This document shows positions 19,683-30,098 of a stretch of 64,000 nt of DNA, piece by piece. How positions within the stretch are numbered: position 1 is the stretch's first letter; every line of letters starts with the position of its first letter. The stretch is from contig CAJTTI010000003.1 of assembly GCA_910579225.1 (NCBI GenBank), forward strand, positions 99,150 to 163,149, in the 5' to 3' direction. A program made the position numbers and the translations under genes. The notes below the pieces were generated by a model. It did not search any database. It had not been told where the DNA came from and worked only from the letters and a program-made list of their open reading frames with translations. The DNA comes from an uncultured Lachnospiraceae bacterium. GTDB taxonomy: Bacteria; Bacillota; Clostridia; Lachnospirales; Lachnospiraceae.

Positions 19683-20807
19683 ATGAAAAGACGTATTTTG
19701 GCAACGATCATGACAGCAGGTCTGGTACTTGGCATGCTCACAGGCTGCGGCGGCAAAGACGATGCGGCGCAGACTCCTGCAGATACTTCACAACCTGCAG
19801 ATAATGCAGATGCAGCAGAAACACCCGATGCAGAGGAAACTCCGGCAGAAAGTGGTTCAGAAGAAAAAGTAAAAGTTGCTCTTTTGCTTTCAGGAAGTGC
19901 CAATGACAACAGCTGGAATCAGTTTGGTTATGAAGCGCTTATGAAAGTGGAGCAGGAGACAGGGGCAGAAGTTGCATTTTCGGAGAATGTGGCAACAGCA
20001 GACCAGCTTCAGGCAATTCGTGATTATGCTGCGAAAGGATATGATGTGATCATTGGTCATGGCGGCGCTTATGAAGACGACATGATCAAAGCAGGCAAGG
20101 ATTTTCCGGATACTCAGTTTGTTATAATTGCGGGCGGAACCGGAGCAGAGCCAAACGTGCTGGCAGTGGATACGGCTCCCTGGCAGTATGGATACTCTTA
20201 CGGATGGGTAGCTGCCAATATTACAAAAACTAATAAAATTGGTTTTGTAACCGGTATGGAAGGCGTATCTACCATGAATAACCTGGTTGGAAGCTGGAGA
20301 GACGGAGCGAAGTCTGTGAACCCGGATCTGGAGACAATCGCTGTTTATATTGCAGATATGGGTGATGTTGCACAGGCAAGAGAAGCTGCAATGTCTCTGA
20401 AAGCGGCAGGATGCGACGTGATTGTTCCTGAGCTGAACGCAGGTTTCCAGGGCGTGGTGGATGTATGTAAGGAAAACGGTATCTATACGGTTGGAAGAAC
20501 TGAGGCAGACGTAGAGTATGCGCCGGAGCAGCTTCTGACTTATACCGTCTTTGACTGGGGCCCCAAATATGTGGACATTGTTAAAAAATATATGGAAAAC
20601 GGTGTATCCGGAGGAGCATTCTTCTACGGATTCCATACGCCGGACGCTCCGGGATTCGTGTTTAACTATGACGAAAGCAACGGCTGGAATCCGGCTGCAG
20701 TTACCGAAGATATTGCAGGAAAATTCCAGACAGAAGTTGTAGATATGTTTGCAGCGGATCCGATCCGTTCCTACACGGCAGAAGACGCAGCAAGCGGAAC
20801 AAAATAA
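19683..20807 (+). CDS. BMP-family ABC substrate-binding lipoprotein
   Basis: Lipobox LTGC, acidic linker, DNSWNQFGYEAL, GYDVIIGHG, IGFVTGM. Confidence 0.92.
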   Translation: MKRRILATIMTAGLVLGMLTGCGGKDDAAQTPADTSQPADNADAAETPDAEETPAESGSEEKVKVALLLSGSANDNSWNQFGYEALMKVEQETGAEVAFSENVATADQLQAIRDYAAKGYDVIIGHGGAYEDDMIKAGKDFPDTQFVIIAGGTGAEPNVLAVDTAPWQYGYSYGWVAANITKTNKIGFVTGMEGVSTMNNLVGSWRDGAKSVNPDLETIAVYIADMGDVAQAREAAMSLKAAGCDVIVPELNAGFQGVVDVCKENGIYTVGRTEADVEYAPEQLLTYTVFDWGPKYVDIVKKYMENGVSGGAFFYGFHTPDAPGFVFNYDESNGWNPAAVTEDIAGKFQTEVVDMFAADPIRSYTAEDAASGTK

Positions 20808-20922
20808 ACGCAGGATTATCCTGAACAGTATAAGATTTTATGGCAGTCGCCGGGCGCCTGCGCAGGCACGGTGCCCGGTCCATGGCCTTTAAAAATCGAA
20901 GGGGTAAAAGGGAAGGAAAACG

Positions 20923-21678
20923 ATGGATTTAAATAACAAGACAGTGATCGTTACAGGAGCAGGTTCCGGGCTTGGGAAAGCGGTTTCGATTATGGCAGCC
21001 AAAGCCGGAGCGAAAATTGTCATGGCGGATATCAGCCAACAGGCAATGGATCAGACAGAGGTGGAAATAAAAAATGTAAAGGGAACATCTATTAGCTGCG
21101 TTGTGGATGTGTGCAATATGGAAAGCATTTTGTCCATGCTGGACCGGGCAGCAGAGGCTTTTGGGCAGATTGATGCCCTTGTGAACTGCGCAGGTATATT
21201 TTCCAGCATTCCGTTCCTGGAGCTTACGGAGAAGGACTGGTGCAGAATGGTGGATATTAATCTGAAGGGTTCCTTTTTATGCACACAGCAGTTTATTAAA
21301 CGGGTACTGCCGCAGAAAACAGGAGCTTCCATTGTGTTCTTAAGTTCGATCAGCGGGTTTATTGGATTTACAAAGTCGGCTCATTACTGTGCAACGAAAG
21401 GAGCCGTCCGCCAGCTGAGCAAAGCGATTGCACTTGAATTTGGCGCAGAGGGTATTCGTTCCAATGTGGTTGCACCGGGAACTATTGAGACACCTATGAA
21501 CGCATGGATTATTGATGATCCCGAGATGCACAAAAAGTCCGTTGCATCCATTCCTATGGGGAGATTTGGAAAATCGGAAGAGATTGCGTCTGCAATATTG
21601 TTTTTGATTTCTGATGAGGCGTCTTATTGCAATGGTTCTGAACTGCTTGTGGATGGCGGACAGATTACGCATTGCTGA
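20923..21678 (+). CDS. Short-chain dehydrogenase/reductase
   Basis: TGAGSGLG, NCAG, catalytic YCATK. Confidence 0.93.
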   Translation: MDLNNKTVIVTGAGSGLGKAVSIMAAKAGAKIVMADISQQAMDQTEVEIKNVKGTSISCVVDVCNMESILSMLDRAAEAFGQIDALVNCAGIFSSIPFLELTEKDWCRMVDINLKGSFLCTQQFIKRVLPQKTGASIVFLSSISGFIGFTKSAHYCATKGAVRQLSKAIALEFGAEGIRSNVVAPGTIETPMNAWIIDDPEMHKKSVASIPMGRFGKSEEIASAILFLISDEASYCNGSELLVDGGQITHC

Positions 21679-21705
21679 GAAAAGTTATTAATGGAGGACT
21701 AACAC

Positions 21706-22461
21706 ATGAGGCTAAAAGATAAAGTTGCGGTAGTGACTGGAGCAGGCAGCGGCCTTGGGAGAGCAATTTCCGTGAAGCTGGCAGCAGAAGGATGCCGGGT
21801 TGCGATTGCTGATATTTCTCTGAAGAATGCAGAAGAGACTGTACAGGTGATAAAAAATGCCGGCGGAGATGCGGCAGCTTTTGTGGCAGATATTACGAAT
21901 GAAGAACAGGTGCAGAAACTGTTTGCAGAAGTTGCAGGGACATGGGGGAAGATTGATCTTCTGTACAATAATGCAGGAATCAGCCCGGTGGGAACCATTG
22001 AGACGACTTCTTTTGCAGATTTCCAGAAAGTAATTGCCATTGACTTGTACAGCATATTCCTGGGAAGCAAATATGTGATTCCATATATGAAGAAAAACCA
22101 TGGCGGCTGCATCATCAATACAGTCGGGACTTTTGGATTTAAACCAATCCCCAATAAGCTGGGGTATGCGTGTGCAAAAGCAGGCGCCATGAGTGTGACA
22201 CGTTCCGTTGCCATTGATATGGCAAGAGATAACATCCGCTGCAATGCGATCTGCCCGGGCTTTGTGGACACGCCGCTGAATAAAGATTTTACAGGGGAAG
22301 AGAGAGAACAGTTCTTAAAGAACTATCAGCCCATGGAACTGAAGATTAAGGCGGAAGACATCGCGGATACAGCAGTATTTCTGGCGACGGAAGATGCAAA
22401 AGCGATCACCGGCCAGGGGATTGTGATCGACGGTGGTACGGAAGCGTGCCTGTACTATTAA
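21706..22461 (+). CDS. Short-chain dehydrogenase/reductase
   Basis: TGAGSGLG, NNAG, catalytic YACAK. Confidence 0.93.
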   Translation: MRLKDKVAVVTGAGSGLGRAISVKLAAEGCRVAIADISLKNAEETVQVIKNAGGDAAAFVADITNEEQVQKLFAEVAGTWGKIDLLYNNAGISPVGTIETTSFADFQKVIAIDLYSIFLGSKYVIPYMKKNHGGCIINTVGTFGFKPIPNKLGYACAKAGAMSVTRSVAIDMARDNIRCNAICPGFVDTPLNKDFTGEEREQFLKNYQPMELKIKAEDIADTAVFLATEDAKAITGQGIVIDGGTEACLYY

Positions 22462-22486
22462 GGCCGGATAAGACAAAGGAAAAGCC

Positions 22487-23737
22487 ATGAAGATCAGTGT
22501 TGACAGAGTGATTTCCCGCCTGGAAGAGATTTATGAATGCGGCAGACAGGCAGATGGGACACATGCAAGAGTAGCATATTCTCCGGAAGATCAAAGGGGA
22601 AGAAAGGTTTTTGCAGATTATTTTGGCAGTCTTGGGATACCGGTCAGACAGGATGAGGCAGGCAATTTGATTGCATACATTGAAGGGGAAGAGGAGCTTC
22701 CATCCATTTTGATCGGTTCTCACCTGGACACTGTCATAGATGGGGGAAAATATGACGGTGCACTGGGGTGCGTGGCAGGACTGGAAGTAGCAGAAACTCT
22801 TAAAAGAGCAGGAAGGAAGCTTCGGCATCCTCTGGAAGTGGTGGTATTTACTGACGAAGAAGGAATCCGTTTTGGTAACGGTATGTTTGGCAGTGCAGCC
22901 TTCTGTCAAGTTCCCATGGAAGAACTTTCAGAAGAAGATATGGATATTTACGGCAGGACAAGAGGGGAAGTGCTAAAAGAGTATGGAGTGGTTCTAAAAG
23001 ACGCCATACGTGCAGAGAGGATGCCGGAAACAGTCCACTGTATGCTGGAACTTCATGTGGAGCAGGGCAAGATACTGGAAGATCACCAGAAGCCATTGGG
23101 AGTAGTGAGTTCCATAGCCGGAGTCAGACGGTATGAAGTCACGCTCACCGGAGAGGCCAACCACTCTGGAAGTACGCAGATGCGCCACAGGAAGGATGCT
23201 CTTGTGGGAGCAGCCGGGCTGATCTCGTCGTTGCCTGGGATTGTGAGAGAACATGGTAATGAATTTTCGGTGGCTACTGTGGGATATATTCAGGCCTGGC
23301 CCAATGCAGTGAATGTGATTCCAGGTATGTGCAGGTTCCAGCTGGAGATCCGGGACCAGGAAGAATCGGTTATGGACAGGCTGGAAAGTCTGATTCATGA
23401 CAGGCTGGAGGAAAACTGCAGAAAAGAAGGGCTGGATTTTTCCATGAGGCTGTATGATGCTCACGTTCCCGGAAATATGAACGCGGAGCTTAAGGAGACA
23501 ATTCAAAGTGTATGCGAGGCAGGTCAGATTGATTATGAAATTCTTCCAAGCGGGGCATTCCATGATTCGCTGCTGCTTTGCGGGAGATTCCCTACAGGAA
23601 TGATTTTCATACCAAGCATCGGAGGCATCAGCCACAGTCCTATGGAGAAGTCCGGAAGAGAGGATATAGAGAGGGGATGCCAGGTGCTGCTTGATACGGT
23701 TTTGAGACTGGATAAGAAAGAAGGACAGATTTCATGA
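22487..23737 (+). CDS. M20-family Zn amidohydrolase (allantoate amidohydrolase / N-carbamoylase type)
   Basis: GSHLDTV, GGKYDGALG, DEEG, ELHVEQG, ANHSG, SGAFHD, GGISHSP. Confidence 0.9.
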   Translation: MKISVDRVISRLEEIYECGRQADGTHARVAYSPEDQRGRKVFADYFGSLGIPVRQDEAGNLIAYIEGEEELPSILIGSHLDTVIDGGKYDGALGCVAGLEVAETLKRAGRKLRHPLEVVVFTDEEGIRFGNGMFGSAAFCQVPMEELSEEDMDIYGRTRGEVLKEYGVVLKDAIRAERMPETVHCMLELHVEQGKILEDHQKPLGVVSSIAGVRRYEVTLTGEANHSGSTQMRHRKDALVGAAGLISSLPGIVREHGNEFSVATVGYIQAWPNAVNVIPGMCRFQLEIRDQEESVMDRLESLIHDRLEENCRKEGLDFSMRLYDAHVPGNMNAELKETIQSVCEAGQIDYEILPSGAFHDSLLLCGRFPTGMIFIPSIGGISHSPMEKSGREDIERGCQVLLDTVLRLDKKEGQIS

Positions 23738-24918
23738 ATGCATTTAATTTTACCATGCCTACAAAATTTTATGTCGGATACGGGCAGGTGGAAGTATTAA
23801 AAGATATAGCAGGACAATATGGGAAGAAAGCAATGCTCTGTGCGGCAGAAGGAACCATGCGCCAGTTTGGATTTCTGGACCGGGTGGAAGCGCTTCTGCG
23901 GGCGGCAGGAGTAGAGGTATCCATTATTGATGATGTGCAGCCGAATCCAAGAGATGTGGATATTGACAGACAGGTGAAGTTTTTCCTGGAAGAGGGATGT
24001 GATTTTACAGTGGGCCTGGGTGGCGGAAGTGCCATGGATACGGCAAAAGCTGTAGCTTTCCTGGCTGCGCAGAATGACGGAAGTGTGAGAGATTATCTGG
24101 CAGGAGGCTCCAAATCGGAACTGAAAGATGTGAAACAGCCTTATCCGGTGATCTGTATCACAACGACTGCAGGGACAGGTTCAGAGGCGACTAAGTGGTT
24201 TGTGGTAACCAATACGTTGAATCATGACAAACCCGGAGTTGGCCATGATCTTCTGATGCCGTCCGTATCCATCGTAGATCCGGAATTTATGATGTCGCTG
24301 CCGGCGCAGATTACCCGTTCCTGCGGGATTGATGTACTGTTTCATGCAATGGAAGCCTATATCGCAACCTGTGCCAATCCATTTACCGATGCGCTGGCGA
24401 TGGAGGCAATGCGTCTGGTAATGAAGTATCTGGGACGGGCTATAGAGAACGGTGCCAATGATCAGGAAGCCAGAGAATATATGGCGTGGGCAAACACCAT
24501 GGGCGGAATCGTAATCGGAGAAGGCAATTCCGGAACCGTTGCCATCCATGCGCTGGGACACAGCATCGGCGGTCAGACCAATGCACCCCACGGATTTACC
24601 ATGTGCCCGCTGGCAGTTCCATACATAGAGAGAACCTGGGATGCCGATGAGAAGAAATATGCAGCGCTTACCAGAGTATTCGGATACGGAGATGACAGTA
24701 TGTCTGAACATGAACTGGCTGCTATGTGTCCGGAGGCAATGAAAGGTGTCCTTCAGAAATTCGGCTGCGATATGACCATGAGAGATCTGGGCGTCACGGA
24801 AGATATGATCGGTCCGATGACGGATTCTGTATTCCAGACCATGGGAGGAGTACTGAATAACAGTCTGAAGAAATTTGACAGAGAAGCAGTTATGGAACTG
24901 TACCGGGCGGCGCTGTAA
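23734..24918 (+). CDS. Iron-containing alcohol dehydrogenase
   Basis: GLGGGSAMDTAK, TTAGTGSE, DVLFHAME, HALGH, PHG. Confidence 0.92.
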   Translation: MNAFNFTMPTKFYVGYGQVEVLKDIAGQYGKKAMLCAAEGTMRQFGFLDRVEALLRAAGVEVSIIDDVQPNPRDVDIDRQVKFFLEEGCDFTVGLGGGSAMDTAKAVAFLAAQNDGSVRDYLAGGSKSELKDVKQPYPVICITTTAGTGSEATKWFVVTNTLNHDKPGVGHDLLMPSVSIVDPEFMMSLPAQITRSCGIDVLFHAMEAYIATCANPFTDALAMEAMRLVMKYLGRAIENGANDQEAREYMAWANTMGGIVIGEGNSGTVAIHALGHSIGGQTNAPHGFTMCPLAVPYIERTWDADEKKYAALTRVFGYGDDSMSEHELAAMCPEAMKGVLQKFGCDMTMRDLGVTEDMIGPMTDSVFQTMGGVLNNSLKKFDREAVMELYRAAL

Positions 24919-24921
24919 GAG

Positions 24922-26403
24922 ATGGAATATCTGATCTGTGCAGGATGGCTTTGGGACGGAGTCTCGCCAAAGCCATATGAAAACCATGCAGTCTGTGTGG
25001 AAGAGGGCAGGATAAAAGACATGGGTCCTGCCGGATTTCTGAAAGAGAAATATCCGGATGCTTCCGTCAGAGAAGAACAGAACTGGCTGATACTTCCGGG
25101 ATATGTGGATGCTCATGACCACGGCAGGGGAATCTCGCCGTTCTGGTTCGGGGCAAAAGATGAAAGTCTTGAGATGTGGATTCCGAATCTGGGACGGGCA
25201 TCAGCGCCGGTCTATGAAGCGGCGCTGTATGACGGAACGATGCTTGCTTCCTCGGGAGTGACCACTGTGGTGCACTGTCACAATCCGTTTGATATGTCCC
25301 GGCTGGAAGAAGAGCTTTTGGATACGGTGCGCGGATATAATGATGCAGGGATACGAGTCGTCGTCTGTCCGCCATACACGGACCAGAACAGCCTGATCTA
25401 CAGCCGCAGGAAAGAGTTTGAGAAAGCGCTCCCGGACAGGCTTCAGAAAGAATTTGGCAGGATGGTGTGTGATACACCTCTTCCGCTGGATGATTATTTT
25501 GATCTGGTGGAAAACCTGAAAAGCAGATTAAGCTCCAGGATAAAACATCATATGGCAGACATCCAGCTTCATCCTGTAGGAGGGCAATGGTGCAGCGACC
25601 GTGCACTGCTGGCAATGAAGGAATATGCATGCCGGCATGGAATGAGAGTTCATATGCATTTGCTGGAGACGAAATACCAGATGTATTATGCCCGGGATAC
25701 ATGGGGGAAAAGCATGGTGGCTCATCTGGATGAGATTGGTTTTCTGGGTCCCTGGTTGTCTTGTGCCCATGGAGTATGGCTGTCGGATGAAGACCTGGAG
25801 CGGATGGCCCGTACCGGAACAATTATCGTACATAATCCTTCTTCCAATCTGCGGCTTCGAAGCGGAACGATGCCGCTGCGCAAAGCGCTGGATAAAAACG
25901 TGGTCTGCGCCCTTGGCCTGGATGGATGCGGATATGATGACGACCAGGACTATGGCAGAGAACTGCGCACGGCTTTATACAATAATAAACAGACCGGAGT
26001 GGACGGAGCTGTCACTTATGAAGAGGTTCTTCGGATGGCGCTGAAAGGCGGACAGCAGGTGACAGGAGAGAAGCTTTCTTCCGGATACCTTCTTCCGGGA
26101 GGAATGGCAGATTTTGTCTGCCTGGATTATCAGAAGCTTACGTTCCCTTATGCAGACCCTGAAGTAGAAATACTTTCGATGGTAGTTCAGAAAGGAAACA
26201 GAGATCTGGTCACAGCAGTCTATTGCGGCGGACATCCGATCATAGGAGACCGGGAGGACGCCGGGAAAAAGATTGAGACATCCGGAAGGATGCTCAGAAA
26301 AGCCCTGGATAATATCCGGTCAGGAGAAAGCCGGCCGGTAAGCAAAGAATTGCTTGGGGCAATTCACGACTATTATGAAGCGTGGGAAAGGGGGAAGGAA
26401 TAA
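24922..26403 (+). CDS. Amidohydrolase-superfamily deaminase (SsnA/AtzA-like)
   Basis: PGYVDAHDH, HMHLLET, AHGVW, HNPSSNLRL, LGLDG. Confidence 0.85.
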   Translation: MEYLICAGWLWDGVSPKPYENHAVCVEEGRIKDMGPAGFLKEKYPDASVREEQNWLILPGYVDAHDHGRGISPFWFGAKDESLEMWIPNLGRASAPVYEAALYDGTMLASSGVTTVVHCHNPFDMSRLEEELLDTVRGYNDAGIRVVVCPPYTDQNSLIYSRRKEFEKALPDRLQKEFGRMVCDTPLPLDDYFDLVENLKSRLSSRIKHHMADIQLHPVGGQWCSDRALLAMKEYACRHGMRVHMHLLETKYQMYYARDTWGKSMVAHLDEIGFLGPWLSCAHGVWLSDEDLERMARTGTIIVHNPSSNLRLRSGTMPLRKALDKNVVCALGLDGCGYDDDQDYGRELRTALYNNKQTGVDGAVTYEEVLRMALKGGQQVTGEKLSSGYLLPGGMADFVCLDYQKLTFPYADPEVEILSMVVQKGNRDLVTAVYCGGHPIIGDREDAGKKIETSGRMLRKALDNIRSGESRPVSKELLGAIHDYYEAWERGKE

Positions 26404-26404
26404 C

Positions 26405-27142
26405 ATGAAAATAGCGATTATCTCTCCGATTCTGGCGCCGAAAACAGAGGATTACAGAACGGGATACCGGCGCAGAGACTGTGAGAGCATCCCGGCAGAA
26501 TTTGAATTTCATTATATTGACCAGGGACCGGCAATGATACTGAATGCATATGACGATGCATATGCGGCCCCTGATCTGATCAGGAAGACGGTGGACTGCG
26601 AGAGTCGGGGAATGGACGCAGTAGTGATCAACTGCAGTGCAGACACGGCGCTCCGGGCCTGCAGAGAGGCCGTATCCATTCCGGTAATCGGCCCTACGGA
26701 AAGCACGATGCTGTATGCTTCTCAGTTTGTGGATCATTTCAGCGTACTGACATTCTCAGAGAGGATCAACAGCCGGTTTGAACGGATTGCTTTCGATCTG
26801 GGCGTCAGTCACCGACTGACTTGCGTAAGTTCCGTGGAAATTGCCTTTGAACATCTGAGCGGCGGGGCAACGGACGTGGTGGATGCCCTGTATGAAAAGA
26901 TTGCCGGAATTGCGGAGAAAACGGGATGTGATGGTTATATCCTGGGCTGTACGGACTTTGAAGATGTGGCCCCGGAGCTTTCAGAGAGACTGAGGCAGCA
27001 GAATCTGAATGTGGTGTTGTTTAAGCCCTTTGAAATCTCTGCTTATCAGGCATATATGTCTGTTGCCATGGGACTTAAGACCGGCAAAAACAGTTATCCG
27101 ACACCACAGGTATACTTTCAGACTTCCAAAGGAGGTAAATGA
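26405..27142 (+). CDS. Asp/Glu/hydantoin racemase family (allantoin/hydantoin racemase-like)
   Basis: Two catalytic cysteines in INCSAD and LGCTDF; REAVSIPVIG. Confidence 0.85.
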   Translation: MKIAIISPILAPKTEDYRTGYRRRDCESIPAEFEFHYIDQGPAMILNAYDDAYAAPDLIRKTVDCESRGMDAVVINCSADTALRACREAVSIPVIGPTESTMLYASQFVDHFSVLTFSERINSRFERIAFDLGVSHRLTCVSSVEIAFEHLSGGATDVVDALYEKIAGIAEKTGCDGYILGCTDFEDVAPELSERLRQQNLNVVLFKPFEISAYQAYMSVAMGLKTGKNSYPTPQVYFQTSKGGK

Positions 27143-28512
27143 TGGAATATGATTTGATGATCAGCAACGCCAGAATTGTAGGTCCGGATGCGACGCAGGA
27201 GGGCTGTATTCTGGTTAAGGACGGCAAAATTGCGGCCGTTTCAAAAGAGCAGGGAGACTTCCGGGCAAAGGAAGTAATTGATGCAGCAGGGAAATATGTT
27301 CTTCCCGGTGGAGTGGACGTTCACGTACATTTCAGAGATCCCGGATTGACTTACAAAGAGGATTTCAGTACTGGTTCCATGGCGGCTGCGGCAGGCGGGA
27401 TTACTACGATATTTGATATGCCGAATGTACAACCCCCTACTCTGAATGTGGAGAATTTCGAGATTAAAAAGAAAATTGCCGAAGAAAAATCTTATGTAAA
27501 CTATGGTATCTATGCTTATCTGGTAAATAATCTGGATCAGATTACGCCGCTGATTGAGGCTGGCGTGTGCGGATTCAAATGGGATCTCAGTACTTTTGAC
27601 TGGGAATTACCCGAGGGATGGTATCTGCCGGATAATAATGAGGCGGCGGATATTTTCCGGGAAATTGCAAAGCACGGATATGTGGTCACCGTACATGCAG
27701 AGGATATGGAACTGGTGAAAAACTATACAGAGCATCTGAAAGAGACAGGACGGGACCAGAAGGACTTCCTGGCTCACGTGGAAGCAAGGCCGGATATTGT
27801 GGAGTTGTCCGCCCTGCATAGAACATTTGTTCTATCCGAGGTATCCGGATGCAAAGTACATATTACGCACCTGACTTCCAGAAGAGGCCTGGAGCTGATC
27901 AAGGAATATCAGCGCAGAGGAATCCCCGTCACGTCGGATGTGGGTCCATCCTGGTTTACTTTCTGCGCAGAGGATTATGAAAAATACGGCGGCGGTATCC
28001 GCGTTATACCTGCAATCCGCTATCAGAATGATACAGATGCATTGTGGGAAGGTCTGGCCTGTGGAGACATCGAAGTGATGGCTACAGATCATGCACCGCA
28101 TTCCAATGAAGAGAAATTCGAGAGAAGCTGGTGGGATACTCTGCCGGGAACCATCGGCGTTCAGACCAGTCTTCCGATCCTTCTTGACAGAGCAAACAAA
28201 GGAGAGATCACGTTAAATCGAATTGTGGATTGCTATGCATCGCAGCCTGCCCGTATCTTTGGCCTGTATCCAAGAAAGGGACTGATTGCCCCCGGAGCAG
28301 ATGCGGATATTACGATTGTAGATATGGAAAAAGAGTGGACGGTCACTCATGAAGAGATGTACAGCAAGACAAAATATACGCCTTATAATGGGTTCCAGCT
28401 GAAAGGAAAACCGGTGACAACGATTGTCATGGGACAGGTAGTCATGCAGGACGGCAAAATTGTAGGACAACCCGGCGCAGGTAAACTGGTCAACCCCAAA
28501 CAGGATTGGTAG
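27142..28512 (+). CDS. Cyclic amidohydrolase (dihydroorotase/allantoinase/hydantoinase family)
   Basis: PGGVDVHVHFRDPG, AAAAGGITT..DMPN, GFK, HAED, HITH, ATDHAPH, GADAD. Confidence 0.9.
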   Translation: MEYDLMISNARIVGPDATQEGCILVKDGKIAAVSKEQGDFRAKEVIDAAGKYVLPGGVDVHVHFRDPGLTYKEDFSTGSMAAAAGGITTIFDMPNVQPPTLNVENFEIKKKIAEEKSYVNYGIYAYLVNNLDQITPLIEAGVCGFKWDLSTFDWELPEGWYLPDNNEAADIFREIAKHGYVVTVHAEDMELVKNYTEHLKETGRDQKDFLAHVEARPDIVELSALHRTFVLSEVSGCKVHITHLTSRRGLELIKEYQRRGIPVTSDVGPSWFTFCAEDYEKYGGGIRVIPAIRYQNDTDALWEGLACGDIEVMATDHAPHSNEEKFERSWWDTLPGTIGVQTSLPILLDRANKGEITLNRIVDCYASQPARIFGLYPRKGLIAPGADADITIVDMEKEWTVTHEEMYSKTKYTPYNGFQLKGKPVTTIVMGQVVMQDGKIVGQPGAGKLVNPKQDW

Positions 28513-28542
28513 AAACAAAACTTTCAACAGGAGGTGATAACA

Positions 28543-29271
28543 ATGATCATAGACCATCACAACCATGTGTGGGAAGGTGAGTCCACAGGAGGATTTCTGG
28601 ATGAGGGCATGAGCGTGAAGCAGATACTCACCAGGATGGATGCGGCAGGAGTCGATATGGCAGGGGTTTGTACCGTCGCACAGTCCATGGACAATGATTA
28701 TGTAGTAAAGGCACAGAGAGAGCATCCGGATCGTCTGTTTGGATTTTGTATGGTCAATCCAAGGGATGCTGCGGCAAAAGATACTCTGCGCAGATATCTG
28801 GATGAAGGTTTAAAAGGACTGAAGCTGCACCCAAGGCTTCATGGATATCAGCTGGGCGATCATACACTTATGGACCCTCTGATGGAAGTCTGCAGAGAGT
28901 ATCAGGTGCCAATGTTTGCTCATGGCGGTTCAGAGGAAAATGACCATCCGTTTTATTTTGAGGAACTTGCCAGAGCGTTTCCGGATGTGACCGTGATTCT
29001 GGGACATATGTGTGCCCTGAACTACTGTGACGATGCCATTATGGTTGCGTGCAGAAACGATAATATTTATCTGGATACTTCAACGGCGGAGCTTTTTTCT
29101 GTAAAGGCAGCCATTAAAAAGGCAGGGGCAGACAAGATCGTCATGAGTACTGACTGGCCCGGCAACGATTTCCAGATGGAGCTTTTAAAGGTGGAACTGG
29201 CAGCGGAAGGCGATCTGGATACCTATCATAAGATCACCGGCGAAAATATGAAGAAAATAATGAAATTCTAG
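28543..29271 (+). CDS. Amidohydrolase_2-family metal-dependent hydrolase
   Basis: IDHHNH, GLKLHP, HGG, ILGH, STDWP. Confidence 0.85.
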   Translation: MIIDHHNHVWEGESTGGFLDEGMSVKQILTRMDAAGVDMAGVCTVAQSMDNDYVVKAQREHPDRLFGFCMVNPRDAAAKDTLRRYLDEGLKGLKLHPRLHGYQLGDHTLMDPLMEVCREYQVPMFAHGGSEENDHPFYFEELARAFPDVTVILGHMCALNYCDDAIMVACRNDNIYLDTSTAELFSVKAAIKKAGADKIVMSTDWPGNDFQMELLKVELAAEGDLDTYHKITGENMKKIMKF

Positions 29272-29283
29272 GAGGATGAAAAA

Positions 29284-29946
29284 ATGGAACAGAAACTGAT
29301 TGTCATGCTTACAAACAATGATGAGACTGTTAAAGATGCGAAGGAGTGCTTCCTGGCATGCAAAGACCTGGGTGTAAAAGAGTGGGGTTTCAAGGATGTG
29401 GGACTTCCGAAGGACGAGATGATTGACCTGGTTAAGACCATGAAGGCTGCAGGAGCTGTCACTAACCTGGAGGTGGTTTCCCTTTCGGAAGAAGAAGGTC
29501 TTGCAGGAGCGAAGATCGCTGTGGAGTCTGGTTTCGACGTACTGATGGGAACTGTATATTATGATTCCATCCGGGATTACCTGAAGGGTACAGGAGTAAA
29601 ATATTATCCGTTCTGCGGTAAAGTATATGGACATCCTTCGATTCTGGATGGGACGCCGGAAGAAGTGGTAGCTCATGCAAAAGAACTGGAAGCCAAAGGC
29701 GTAGACGGGATCGACCTGCTCTCCTATCGTTATACAGGAGATGCAATCCAGCTTCTGGCTAAGGTGGTAAAAGCAGTAAAGATTCCTGTTATCTCTGCAG
29801 GAAGTATTGACAGCTTCAAGAGAATTGATGAAGTGGCGGGCACAGGTGCGGCAGGTATGACCATGGGTTCCGCATTGTTTGTGAAGAAATTCAAAGACGG
29901 CACATTCAAAGAAAATCTGGAAGTCGTCTGGGACTATATGAAATAA
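29284..29946 (+). CDS. TIM-barrel protein with ribulose-phosphate-binding-type C-terminus, function unknown
   Basis: Alternating beta/alpha pattern; AGSI...MGSALF phosphate-binding motif; GFKDVG. Confidence 0.6.
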   Translation: MEQKLIVMLTNNDETVKDAKECFLACKDLGVKEWGFKDVGLPKDEMIDLVKTMKAAGAVTNLEVVSLSEEEGLAGAKIAVESGFDVLMGTVYYDSIRDYLKGTGVKYYPFCGKVYGHPSILDGTPEEVVAHAKELEAKGVDGIDLLSYRYTGDAIQLLAKVVKAVKIPVISAGSIDSFKRIDEVAGTGAAGMTMGSALFVKKFKDGTFKENLEVVWDYMK

Positions 29947-30080
29947 AAATACCGCAAAGGTCGAAGCAGAACTAAAAAACAGCATCGGATCGGCCAGCAC
30001 CCAGATGTATGAGTGGACGCAGAAGCGTTCACGAATACATCTCCCCCCGGGAGCTGGAAGAGGAGATGCGGAACTTCTAA
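29947..30080 (+). other. Paired AAAYA-hairpin-RGAACT intergenic motif upstream of the allE-like gene RBS
   Basis: aaatac...gcagaact, then aaacagcatc...agatgcggaacttctaa, then taggagg; inner stems agatgtat/atacatct and gtggacgc/gcgttcac. Confidence 0.6.
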
Positions 30081-30098
30081 TAGGAGGAACAAATAATT

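Noticed and set aside
27142..28512. Calling this gene pyrC or allB
   Set aside because: The motifs are shared across cyclic amidohydrolases, there are no pyr genes nearby, and the substrate cannot be fixed from sequence.
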